A stretch of DNA of 64,000 bases, from assembly GCF_964188315.1 (NCBI RefSeq), contig NC_135672.1, forward strand, positions 13,826,001 through 13,890,000. The letters are read 5' to 3'. The DNA is from Podarcis muralis (lineage: Eukaryota). Of this stretch, positions 10,769 through 23,512 are shown piece by piece (position 1 is the stretch's first letter; each line of letters begins with the position of its first letter). The notes under the pieces are model-generated. The model was not told where the DNA came from, did no database searches, and worked only from the letters and a program-made list of their open reading frames with translations. The translations under genes and the position numbers were made by a program.

Positions 10769-11104
10769 CTGTGGTGTAGTTGTGGCTGGTGGATCCGGCC
10801 TCTCGGCTGGTGAGCAGTGGCTCCCTGGAGCTGGCCAGGGGGGTTGTGAGTGGGGCAGCGGTTGTCATGTTGTCCCCCTCCCTAGTGGTGCTGTTGGTGG
10901 GCCTGGGAAGAGGCGAGGAGCCTGGGTGAGTCGTGCGGTTGGCAGAGGTGGTCTCTTCTGTGGGTGTTTCTGATGCCGTGGGGCTGATCTCGCTGTGGGG
11001 TGTATAGGTTTCCTCCACCCTTGAGCTGGGTGTCGTTAGGTGTTTGGAGACGGCTGGGGGGCTTGCTGAAGAGCTGTGAGTGGCCTGTGTGCTGGTGGAG
11101 ACAA
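10769..11104 (-). CDS. CIST1: CIST1-like exon: Ser/Thr/Pro-rich mucin stalk with N-glycosylation sequons NRT, NST, NMT, NYT
   Basis: Acceptor cccctcccattgcag|, donor ACAG|GTGAGA; 336 nt, phase 1 to 1; ORF track 10737..11156. Confidence 0.8.
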
Positions 11105-11158
11105 CTGCAATGGGAGGGGAGGGGAAGTCAGAAAGGAGCAAACCTCCACGGCTCAAGG

Positions 11159-11508
11159 AATCATCATCATCATCGCTTTTAATTTGTATACCATCTTTCT
11201 ATCTTACTATACCCAAGGCAGTTTGCAAGCTGAAGAAACAAAGAATGGATGCCTTATAACCATCAAATGCAATACAAAAACGTGAGAATAAAACCTAACT
11301 TTAAAATAAGCAACCTGCATGAAATAAAGTAACATCCAGCAATCATTGGAATAGTATAAGAAGAAGAATATCAGCGTATAAAAATTAAACAGAAATCCAA
11401 TCTTAACAATTGCAATAAATAATTTCTAAACTACAATCAATAAAACCAGGGCAAGCCACAGTGCATAAAATAATATGATACAAATTGAGAAGCAGAGACT
11501 GGAGGGTG
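11159..11508 (-). mobile_element. Unclassified AT-rich retroposon 3' end with (GAT)n tail; second copy at 45298-45903
   Basis: Near-identical collinear copies sharing both ends. Confidence 0.55.
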
Positions 11509-11624
11509 AATCGCCGGAGTGTACCGTTGGGACCCCAAAGGGTCATCCAGCAGAGCCCCCTGAAATGCTAAAGGTGGCCCGATGGAACCTCCATGGCCCA
11601 AGCTAGTCTACCTCTGGTTTTCTG

Positions 11625-11795
11625 AAGGCTCAGCGGTAGAGCATCTCACCTAGAAGACAAAAGGTCCCATTGTTCAATCCCCAGGGGGATCTCTGGGTAG
11701 GCAGGGGGGAGACTCCTGCCTGGGACTCCGGACAGCCACTGCCAGTCTGTGCAGACAGTATGGGGCTAGGTGGACCAATGGCCAGACAGCTTTCA
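11625..11795 (+). mobile_element. tRNA-derived SINE (Squam2-like), degraded; minus copy at about 29965-30085
   Basis: gctcagcggtagagcatct...gttcaatcccc...gactcctgcctg...gccactgccagtc. Confidence 0.6.
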
Positions 11796-12403
11796 GAATC
11801 ATGAGGACTAGAATCTTGCTTTATTTTTTCAAAGATGAGATGCAGCTGGACACTCCAACCCAGCCTAAATCTGGCCCTGGGTAGACTGCCTCCAAAACTT
11901 GGGGTTCTCTTATGTTAGAGAAGCAGGCAGTGTGGCAGTGATACGCCCTGAGTACAGTAAGAAAGGGAAATGAAAATACGCTCTGCCTGGCACGGTGCCC
12001 GTGTGGCTCTGACGCCCATGAAGGTGGAACGGGTGCAAATATTGGCCGAGGCTCTCAAGGGCCGCCTGCTACAACCGGCCTCGCCTTTCCCTGCCAGACA
12101 AGCGGAGGGCTGTTCCTCCACCTGCATGGCACAAATAATCGACACACCTGGCAGAATCAGATTGTGGCGCTGCCCCACCTTCGTGGGCACAGTCTGTTTG
12201 GTTACTTCCCCACATCCTGCTTCTCTGCCAGAGGGACAGGGCAAAGACAGGCGGCGAGGCTGAGAGTTGTGTTTCAGACCGCAACAGAAACGGGCTGGGA
12301 GCTCGATGGGGCAGCCGTTCTCCATTGTGGGTCCCCAAATGTCACAAACCGGTTGGGCGCAGAGGAATGGGGTGGGGGGAACCAGCTGGGGAACCCCCAA
12401 GGG

Positions 12404-12762
12404 CAGTGCTGGATTTATTGTCGCTGTTGGTTTGTGTTGAATATATGCTAGATGGTCATTGATGGACCTCAGAGGTATCTCAAGCCATTTGCAACCAGTC
12501 CATGCAGAATGTCGGCACCCTATATATAGAAAGGAGCAAAGCAGGGATATTTGAGGGAGCAGGCGGGGCCCAGGACTTACATCCGAGGAGCCGACACAAC
12601 ACAGAACACTGTTGCTGGATGTAGGTTTTATTTTATTTGCTTCTTATCTTATATTTTGGAAATGGACATCCAGTTTTGTTTCCCTTTAAAAAATGTTGGG
12701 CCCCCCAAGAGAGTGGGGCTGTAAGCTAGAGCTTGTTGAGCTTAGACGTAAATCTGGCACTG
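12404..12762. mobile_element. hAT-like MITE in the CIST1 intron, 64 nt from the donor of the first coding exon
   Basis: TIRs CAGTGCTGGATTTA / TAAATCTGGCACTG (12/14 match); 8-nt flanks cccaaggg and cccatgct share 5/8. Confidence 0.8.
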
Positions 12763-12826
12763 CCCATGCTGCTGCTGCTGCTGCCCCAGGTCCCAGTCCT
12801 TCTGCAGCCCCCCACCAGCCCCCTAC

Positions 12827-12869
12827 CTGGATCTGAGACCACCAGCAGCAGAAGGACCCACATGGCCAT
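12827..12869 (-). CDS. CIST1: CIST1-like mucin-type membrane protein, first coding exon (signal peptide MAMWVLLLLVVSDP). Full CDS = complement(join(8462..8509,8695..8852,10769..11104,12827..12869)), 194 aa
   Basis: Kozak GCTGCCATGG; donor CCAG|GTAGGG; phase 1 matches the next exon. Exons sum to 585 nt with no internal stop. The name rests on position next to JUND and on my recollection of the human CIST1 tail (FENLDEVSMG-like) versus FQKLDEVPMG here. Confidence 0.7.
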
Positions 12870-15259
12870 GGCAGCCGAACCCGGTTCTCCTGGAGCGGGA
12901 AGGCAGGGAAAGCAGCTGCTTGAAGGAGTCTCCTCCCGCCTGCGAACAGGACCCAGGCACCTGTCTTGCCACCTCTCCAAGGAGGCGGGCACCTGGGCAG
13001 CGGCCAAATCCCCGCTTGTGATGCTTGGCACCTGGAAAGAAGGAAGGAGCGTGGCCTGACAGCTCCCCCTTCTGGACAGGTGAGGGAAAGCAAGCTCAGA
13101 ACTCACTTTTTCCCCCCTCTGGGCCTCACCCAGAATAAAAATTGGCTCACAGCCATGCTGAATTTTTAAATATAATGTATTGGCCTGAATATAAGCCACG
13201 TCCGAATATAAGCCGCACCTTTAAAATTCAAGGGGGGGGGAGGAAAAAAGGCAATACTTGAATATTTGTGTGTGTGTGTGTCATTGAATCTCCCTGCCCC
13301 TCTTGCTCTCCTGCCACCCCTGGGAGAACTGCTGCAATACGCCATCACCTGGCTTGTGAAGAATCATCACAGAATTGTAGAATTGGAAGGAGCCCGAGGG
13401 TCATCTAGTCCAACCCCAGGAATCTTTCGCCCAAGTGGGGCTCCGACCTCAACCAAAGTCAGAAGCTACGGACCAGCGATGTTACGGTGGAAAGGCGCCA
13501 GGTGGCGCCATCCCTACGGCAGCCATTTCCCTTCCAACGAAAACAACTTTTTAACTCCTGACTTGCTGCTTTTCTTCCCCTTGCTGCCTTTGAAAGGTGT
13601 CTGTCCTGCTTTTTGATCTCACAACGGCCGCATTAAAGCATTTTAATCTGCAGGCAGACGAGGCCTGCCGCACTCCAGAAACCCTGGAGAGCATCTCTCA
13701 GCCGGCGTAGACACGGAACTGGGCAAAATGGACCACTGGTCCAATATTGTGCCTCTGGAAATTGGACATTTTACTCAGCTGCCTTTGGCATCTGCCTGTC
13801 TTGGGAGACAATGGAGTTTACCTCCAGAGGGGAAGTCGAACTGTGGGAGAATCACAGCGCCGGCTGCGAATACAGAGACCAGGAGCTCAGTGTGGCTGCC
13901 TCCTGTTTTGTTTTTGCTGCATTAGCAGCACTGAAGTGATCTCCCCAGGGTACAGGCCTGGGCAGTGTGCCTGGGGGTCCTGGGCTGCCCAGATGGCAAG
14001 ACCCCCTTCTCTGCCCCACTGATAGCGTCCATAGGAAATCAGAGCAAGACGTTTGGCACCAGCTTGGCGGCAGGAGTTGCCGGAAGGAAGCCTTCAAGGA
14101 ACCATTCGCTCCCGAGCCTTTTCTTCTCCCAAATATATCCCACAAGGCAGGGGAGGTTTAGGGTCAGAGTCTTCCAGGCAGAGGGCCTTCTTGGTGGTGG
14201 CACCCTCTCCCATCAGATGCCATGGAAATAAGCAACTAACCCGACCTTTAGAAGACATCTGAAGGCAGCCCTGTTTAAGTTTTTCATGTTTGAAGTTTTA
14301 TTCTGTTTTTAGTGTTCTGTTGGGAGCCGCCCAGAGTGGCTGGGGAGGCCCAGCCAGATGGGTGGGGTATAAATAATAAAATTATTATTATTATTCCTTG
14401 TCTTAGATGGGCTCCCTTCCCGGCGGATGAGCCCCACCTGCCCCTCACTTTCCTTTCCGGCATGGGCCTCCTTCTTGCCCGTTGGACCCCCTCTTGGTCT
14501 CTTCTTCGCCTGCAGGGGAAGCCCCTAAGTCCCTGGGGGTCTCAGCCCCATCGGCTCCCCTCACCTGGTTCAGCTGGCCAGTCAAAGCCATTCCCGGGAT
14601 TGGGGCCACTGCCAGCACATCCTGGCAGCTTCACGGAGCCACAGGTGGGAGCTGAGTGGAGGGGCAGGGACCAAAGGTGGGCAAACTGCCCCAGAAGGAG
14701 AATGTGCCCCCCAACAGAGGTGCCCCCCAACACCCCATCCGCTCAGTGGCATAGAGCCCGTGCTTTGCCTGCAGACGGCCCAGCTGCAACCCCCTGGCAT
14801 CTCCAGGTACCCCGAACCCCCAAAGTGTTGTGAGAATTATGAGGTCTAAGATATAAAGGTTCTTATAGCAAAAGCGACAGCGGATCTAGATGCCCGAAAC
14901 GGAACCATCTCACTACAACCCCCCCCCCCCTTGCCGTGTCCCTCGGTTTTTGTTGATTTAGCTCTTCACTTCTGAAGAGTCTGCCCTGGTATTTGTCTTT
15001 ATTTATGCCAGAGGCTCTTGGGCTTTTTCCTAGAAAAAGGAAAACAATTTCTCCCGAGTAGGGAGCAATGCTAAGAGGCTAGTGTATTGTTTCAGAAAGG
15101 TGGTCAGGTCTTTGGCCCTGAATGAATTTACAGCTGGGGAATTGACAAACTTGCTTGCCTTCTGCCTTTTTCTAATTCCTCTTCTGTCTTCAAGGAGTTT
15201 TATACATGCCTTTTCTCCATTATTCAGATAGTGTGTGTGTGTACAAATATATATATATA

Positions 15260-15466
15260 CAATGGTACCTCGGTTTTTGAACGTAATCCGTTCCGGAAGA
15301 CTGTTCGAGTTCTGAAATGTTCGAAAACTGAAAACTCAACACAGAAGCCGCGTGGCTTGTTCGACTTCCGACAAGAGTTCGAAAACTGAAGCATTTGCTT
15401 CCAGGTTTATGGTGTTCAAAAACTGATATGCTTGTCAATGGAGATGTTTGAAAACCGAGGTACCAC

Positions 15467-15468
<2 letters not shown>
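15260..15468. mobile_element. Tigger-like MITE
   Basis: CAATGGTACCTCGGTTTT ... AAAACCGAGGTACCACTG. Confidence 0.8.
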
Positions 15469-15499
<31 letters not shown>

Positions 15500-18400
15500 A
15501 TGTATGTATGTATAATCCTCTGTGTACTTATTTGAGAGTGACCTCCTTAAATCCAGTGGGGTTGATAAGGTCAAGGATTCTCATCTGAGGCAACCACGGG
15601 GCAAACAGAAACCAGGGTTGTCTTTATTCCGTGTTATACTTCCTTCCTCCCTCAACATCAGCTCTGGCTCCTCCTGCTGCCGGAATGTGGCCCCTGACAT
15701 ATTATCCCAGTGGCCTTTGACCAAAAAATAAAAATTATCCCACCCTTGATCTGCACCCGTGAGGACTAGAAATCCCATCCCCTCTCCTTTTTAGGATAAT
15801 AAAATAGATTTTGCATCCTAGAATCAGAGAATCACAGAGCTGGAGGGGACCCCAAGGGACATGTACCCAGCCCCACTTGTCTTCTGGCGATGCTATCGGG
15901 GTTTCAACCTAATGGGCATGGCTGCCTTTGGTGGGTCTGCTCTGAAAATAACTTATTTGGCTCCAGCTCTCTTGGTTGTGGGTCTTCGCCGCTAGCTGCC
16001 CTCCCTGCTCACAGCCCCCTTACCAAGAGAGAAAAAGGGGAAAGTTTTTTGCCCACCCTTCCCCTCCCCCAGCCTCAAATGCACGTGAAATATTTCTCTC
16101 CTTGCCCCCCAATTCTCTAGCAATCGGACAACACTCCACATCTGGTTCTGCTATTAAGCTGTGGGGAGTCAAGGTACGCCTGCCTGCATTACTCAGCTCG
16201 GGGAAGTAAACACAGATGTAAACACAGCCCAGTTTGGGACGCCTCTCTTGGCCGAGTCCCAGGGCAAAGCAAACCCGCGAGGCAGAACAGGGGGAGCCTC
16301 TTCCGACTGCATCCAGCCGCTGGGCCCTCCAGCTAACTGCTAGCACTCCATAATAATAATAAATTTAAGTTTCCAGTCCACTCTGTTTGGAATAAAGGGC
16401 TGATTTAAAGAGGAGTCTCTTCTGCAGGCTCTGCCCCTGAGCTCCACCAGTTCCCAGCTGCAGTGCAAATTATTATTATTATTTATTAACAGCATTTCCC
16501 CCAAAGATTCTAGTCCTCATGGACGTGAGGGGAGGATTTAAATAAGCTGTCACCTTATGCCAAGAGCACTGAGCTCAGGACGGTCTGTGCTGACAGCGGC
16601 TCTCTGGGGCTTCAGGCAGGAAGTGTTTAATTCCCACCTGGAAACAGCAGCAGTTGCAATCCCAAGACATTCTACATGCAAAGCATGTGTCCTATCCCTG
16701 TCCTATAGTGCTCTCGCCAGAATCGAGATTGTGATTCTCGTGCCTCTAAGTGGAGGGGTGGTTTAAGTAGCAGCAAGGAAATTTGGAGTGCAAGCCTGTC
16801 CAGTGTGCAGGGGGGTCCTGGGTTGGCCAGACAACCCCCCCTTGACCTCACTGATGGGGGACAGAGACCACCCGTACCCCAGCCTTTAATGTTCCACTAG
16901 TCCACAAAAAGTCCCCCTTCTCATACACAAAACCCCCTTCTTAAATTCCCTGCCCAAACGCTGCATCCTATGGGTCTCAGTATGGCTTGAGTTCCACCTT
17001 TGAGAGGACGGAAGCTGCCAAGGGGAAATTGAACAAGAAGCCCAGGAGGCGGCAGATGGGTGAAGTCAACCCTTAAGATTTCTACTAGACCAGCAAGTCT
17101 AGTATATCACTTTACACGTCACTTGGTAAGACAGGCGAACTAATCCCAGTGTACTGGAAGAAGCAAGGCTCACCAAAGGGTCGTGGGCTTTGGAGACACT
17201 CGAACTCAGGACGCAAGGGAGAAACGTGCTAAGAGGAAGGCATGCTTGGCAAACCCTCACCAGGATCAACTCCCACCCGGAAACCAATGTTCCTACTGTG
17301 GAAGGACATGTGGATCCAGAATTGGCCTCCCCAGTCACAGACTCACTGTTAAAACAGTGTTCATGGAATGAAATCTTACTCGGCTACGAGGAATCGCCAA
17401 AGAAGAAATTAAATCACTCACAAAATCAAAACCTTTCGCTATCAGGTTTTGTCCAAATGCACTTATTTTAAGGCCAGGCCATCTGTCTGACTATCACGTC
17501 TTTCCCCAAAAGAGCTCAAGGTGGCCTATTGTTGCCTTCTTCGTTCTACCCCTAACAACAACCCTGTGAGGTAGCCTTAGGGAGGGAGAGACAGTGACTC
17601 GAGGTCACCCCACCCACCCATTCAAGATTTGAACCCTGGTCTCCCAGGTTGTAGTTCAACACTCTATCCACTACACTATGCTACCTATTTGTAACATTTG
17701 AGTTCTCAAAAATTGAATTAATGGGTTTCAAAGGGACACAAATTAGGAAATACTCAAATTTGGAGTCCATACTCCCAAACCCTGACCTTTTGTGCTCTAA
17801 ATGTTCTGAAATGTTTCCAAGTTGTTTTGTTACAATTACTTTGAAACTTTCTTACATGGTTTCAGAATTGTTTGCAATAAAGTTGCTTTAAATAGTTTTG
17901 CTTTAAACTTCCTAATGTTTGCCAGGGAAGGCAGGCCAGAAAAACAAATAGCCACCCCCAGAACCTTAAAATTACTGCTAAGCTGAATTTGAAGCCGAAA
18001 CCTACCCCCAAACTAGCCAGATGGGCAGGGTATAAGTAACAAAATTATTATTATGATACTGACCCAGAGCAACTAGACTTCTGAAAGAGGTCCTGAAATC
18101 TATCCCACATAACCAACATCACCCCAAAAACACACACACTCCCCCCGCCCAAGGCTGTGTCAAGGGGTTCAGTGCCCAGCCTGGGCACCAGAGGGCGATG
18201 GCACCCCACAATTTTGGGCTCAGGAGCCTCCCCATAAAACTGACTCTGCAAGGCCAGCCTTTGCCAACTGGGCGCCCTCCAGATGTTTGCCTCGCCAGCC
18301 GAGGGCCAGAAACATCTGGGAGGCTGCTTCTCAAGGGAAGATAAACGCTCCAAACTCCCTCCCCATATCACACTCTCCCATACAATAATAAGCCAAACAA

Positions 18401-19013
18401 ACAGTCTCTCTCTTTTTTTTCCAAACTCCTGCACAGGATTTTTACTGCACAATGGAATGTGATGATAGATAAAGAGATAGGCTATAATGGCAAACCTCCC
18501 CCCGAAAAAGAACCGCAAGAAAAGAGGAGAGCATATTAAACATAAATATGGCGGGAGGAAAGGCATGGTCTCTGGGGAGGAGGAGGGGGAAATAATGGAG
18601 GGCCGAGAGTGGAAGGCAGAGTCACATCTGGGCACGCTGCGTTTGGAGGGGTGGGGGAAGAGGGGCAAAGTCCGGGGGGGGGTGAGACTGGGTAATGGCA
18701 GCTGCGCTGGGTGGGAGCTTCCAAAAGCAGCCCCCTCCCCAAAATCCTGCGCCCCTCCTCCTCCTCCAGCAAGTTTTTAAAAAACGTCTCAAGTCCTCTG
18801 TGCGCGCGCGGCCCCAAAGGAAGTCTTGGAGAGGGGGGGGACCCCCCTTCGGCGCCCGCAGCCATCCACCTTTGCATTGTCCGACGTGGGGGGGGGCGGG
18901 GTCCGGAGAGGAGAGGCCGCCTCCCCCCCAACCCCCCCGTCCACCCCTCGCCTCGTCCTCCTCCTCCCGGCTCCTGCGCCCGTCCCGTCTGGCGGGGCGC
19001 CCCGTCGAGGCGC

Positions 19014-20048
<1,035 letters not shown>

Positions 20049-20299
20049 CCTCCTCCTCCTCCTCCTCCTCTCCCCCGCCGGCTGCGGAGGGAGGGAGGCA
20101 GGCAGGATCGCGCCCGCCTCCCCTTCGACGACGGGCTGGCGCGCAACCGGATCCTCCGGGGGCTTTGGCAGATCGGGGCTCCGCTCGCCCCCCAGACGAC
20201 GCCGGCCACGACCCTCCCCCCGCCCCCTCCGCTCCCGACTGCGCCTCGCTCCTCCTCCTCCCCCCGCGCGCCTCTCTCTCTAATGCGCCGGCCCGCCAG

Positions 20300-20520
20300 C
20301 GCGCCCCCTCTATATAGCCTCCGCCGGCCGCTATGAGCTCACCGCCGACGCCTCCCATTGGCTGGAGATGACGTCTGAAGGGGAGGGCTGCTGGGCGCCG
20401 GGACACGCCCCCGTCTCCTCCCCCGGGCGCGCCCCCCGCCCCGTCGCCAGGCGACCCGCGCCGACAACTGCGCACAACAGCGCGCGGCCTCTTGGGCTGA
20501 TGTCATCGCCGGGGGCGCGC
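20300..20520 (-). promoter_or_regulatory. JUND promoter: TATA-like CTATATAG (20310-20317), CCAAT (20357-20361), CRE-like TGACGTCT (20369-20376), jun-type TGACATCA (20498-20505, minus)
   Basis: Motifs read directly, ordered upstream of a GC-rich 5' UTR inside a CpG island. Confidence 0.75.
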
Positions 20521-21603
20521 CAAGAGGAAGGGGGCGCAGAGGGGGCCTTGGATCCACTTTGCCTTGAATCCACTTTGCAATCTGGATTGCGCTGAATCCA
20601 CTTTGCAAGGGGGCTCCCTGCGCCCTTTCCGCCTGCTCCCAAACTTCTGCGCCACACTTGGGGAATTAAAATCTGCCCGCGCCACACCCGTTCTCAAAAT
20701 CATTATTATGTATAAGAAATACATTGGAAAACAAAAGGAGCAGCTCCTAGCTCTGCTGGATTTAGAATGTAGAGCCCAACTGCAGTATAAAATGGCCATT
20801 CGGAAAGTATAAAACAACGCAGTTCAATGGGACATCATTTCCAAAATAAAATTATAAACGAGCCTCTTACATATGTGCCTTAAGTATACAAGCTGAGTGG
20901 GAAGTGTGAGCTCCCAGTATCACTTGAAGCTCTCATTTGGAAGATAATAGTCATAATAATAATATTTATTTATACCCTGCCCATCTGATCTGGCTGGGTT
21001 TCCCCAGCCACTCTGGGCGGCTCCCAACAGAATATTAAAAACACGATAAAACATCAAACATAAAAAACTTCCCTAAACAGGGCTGCCTTCAGATGTCTTC
21101 TAAAAGTCAGGTAGTTGTTTATTTCCGTATTTTGCAAATAAAATAGAATTATTTAGATACTATGCTATGCTACACTGTTTAAATGTTTCCCTGCCGCCCA
21201 GCAGCCGGCCTGGACCTGGGAAAAACCTCATCTCAGACTCCCCCACCCCAACTTCTCCAGAAGCGCCAGGCAGGAAGGTCCGACCCCACCTCAGCCGGCA
21301 TCTTGGGAGGAAAAGACCGCTTTGCCTGTGGGAGAGGAGTCCCTAAGGCGGTTGGATGGCGCCTTGTCTGTCTCCTTCCAGCAACTCCTGCTGGGGCGCA
21401 ATGTCTTGCTCTGCTTTCCTTTGGACCCCATCAGTGGGGCAGAGAAGAGGGTCTTGCCATCTGAGCAGCCCAGGACCCCCAGAAACACTACCCAGGCTTG
21501 CGCTAACGCAGTAGTTCGACTTCACCCTCGGAAGCGCACTCCATTGTCTCTTGAGACAGATGTGTGCTGACAACAACTATATCTCACCTTTTCCTTCAAG
21601 GTA

Positions 21604-21767
21604 CTGTATTTTTCCGTGTATAAAACTATATTCCACCCCCCTAATTTTTTTAAGTTTGTAATTGGCGGTCGTCTTATACAAGGAATGTTGCAATTATTTA
21701 TTTCTTAATTTGGGGCTCCAAATTAAGGGGTCGTCTTCTACATGGTCTTATACACAGAAAAATACAG
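21604..21767. mobile_element. Tc1/mariner-pogo MITE with TA target duplication; relative at about 49087-49232
   Basis: TA|CTGTATTTTTCCGTGTATAA ... TTATACACAGAAAAATACAG|TA (19/20 TIR match). Confidence 0.85.
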
Positions 21768-23220
21768 TATTTATTTATCTGAAATTGCTTTTATACATGC
21801 AAGGGATGGGCACCGATCGCTTAGGCCCGCGAATGTCAATGTCACTCCTCTAAGAGCCACAGCCTTTCGGTATTTACGTGTTTCGGTGCACTTTGCAGGG
21901 AGCGGAGATGTAAAAAAGAACAAGTGGCCTCCTTAAAATGGTGCAAAAATGAAATAAACGGTAGCGCAGCAGAGAAACAATGGCAGCGAAAGGTCAGGGA
22001 AGAGTTGGAGAAAGCCAGTGTCCTTAGAGAAAGCTCCACAGAGGGGTTACTCAGAGCATCAGGATAGGCCCCCCCCCGGCGCCTCTCTTTCTCCCCTCCT
22101 GGAAGCCTATCAGGGCCTGCAGCAGAGAGGGAGGGGCTCCCCAGGGAGGGGGGAGGGGCTAACCCAAAGCAGATGTGCAGCGCTTGGCCCCTTGGAGGGG
22201 AGGGAGACCCTGCGCAGAGCAGCCTCTCCCGCCTTCTGGATTCATCAGGCGAGAAAAGCCTGCCAGCTTTTGCACAGGCAGCTGTCGGAAATCAGAGCTG
22301 CCCCTGTTGGGTTGCGGCCTGCTGGGTGCTCCACAAACCCCTGCAGAGGCAGGGGATCAAAGGGAAGTCAGGCTGGGCTGGATTAGCCGCCCTTCCTCCG
22401 TGGCCACCTTTTACGCTACAGCTCCCATCACAGAACGGAATCACAGAACTGAAGGGACCTCCAGAGTCATCTAGTCCAACCCCCAGCGATGCAAAAAGAA
22501 AATCCACGTGCAGTGCTTTCTTTTCTGGGGGCGACGCAGGGGTGCACGTACCCCTCCACATTTTGTGAATCTTTGTACTTTGGTCCATTTACTGTTTCGA
22601 TTCCCCCCGACTTGTACTATAAAATGGTGGTTTTCTTGCGTTAAAATGAGACATTTTAAAAGGAAAAAAAAACACTGTCCAGGTGATTTGAATCTTCACT
22701 CAGCCAGAGAGCTCACCAGGTGCGCTTTGGGCCAGTCCCTGTTTCGAACCAGACTTACATCGTAGGAGCCGACACAAAACACGGTTGCTGCAAATAGGTT
22801 TTATTTCATTTGTTTTTTATCTTATATTTTGGAAATGTACATCCAGGTATTTTTCCTTTTAAATTTTTGGGGCGCCGAGAGAGTGGGGCCCTAAAATAGA
22901 GCTTGTTGAGCTTAGACGTCAATCCGGCTCCTTCATAGAGGGAAAGATTTTTCCACGCTGGAGAAATCACACAGGCAGCCACAGGGCAAAGCTCATTTCG
23001 GGGTCAGGAAGCCTGGAAAGGATGTTTTCATTCTTGGTGCCGTTGCAGCCGAGCAGAAAGGAAGGCGGGAAAGAGAGAAAAGGGGAAATGGGCACATTTG
23101 GCGACTGATCCCTCCCCATTCCTGCCTCTCTTGGCAAAGGGCTTCCTGTTGCCCCCCACCCTCTGGGGAAACGGGCCCAGCAGCCACCCCCCAATTCCCC
23201 CCCAAACCTGAACCCGAGAA

Positions 23221-23500
23221 AGTTGCTTATTACTGGCCCAGAGATGGAAAGAAGATAAAGTCCTGGCCAGAGATGGATGGCTGACGAAGATGATGGACTA
23301 CGCCGAAAGGGCGAAAAGGAACGGGAAATTCAGAAACCAGGAAGGAATAAATGTCACCATTTATTTAAGAGAACACTGTAAACAATTAAAAACTTTGGCA
23401 GGATTTGAGTAACGCTTGTAATATCTTAAAAACTTAGGTAAAAATGGACTATTTTTAAAAAATAGAGAAATTACGTGATGCAGTAGGAAAACTATTCCTA
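23221..23500 (+). mobile_element. L1 ORF2 C-terminal end plus 3' UTR remnant
   Basis: Reads LLAQRWKEDKVLARDGWLTKMMDYAERAK...IYLREHCKQLKTLAGFE*. Confidence 0.65.
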
Positions 23501-23512
23501 TTAGCTGCTGAC

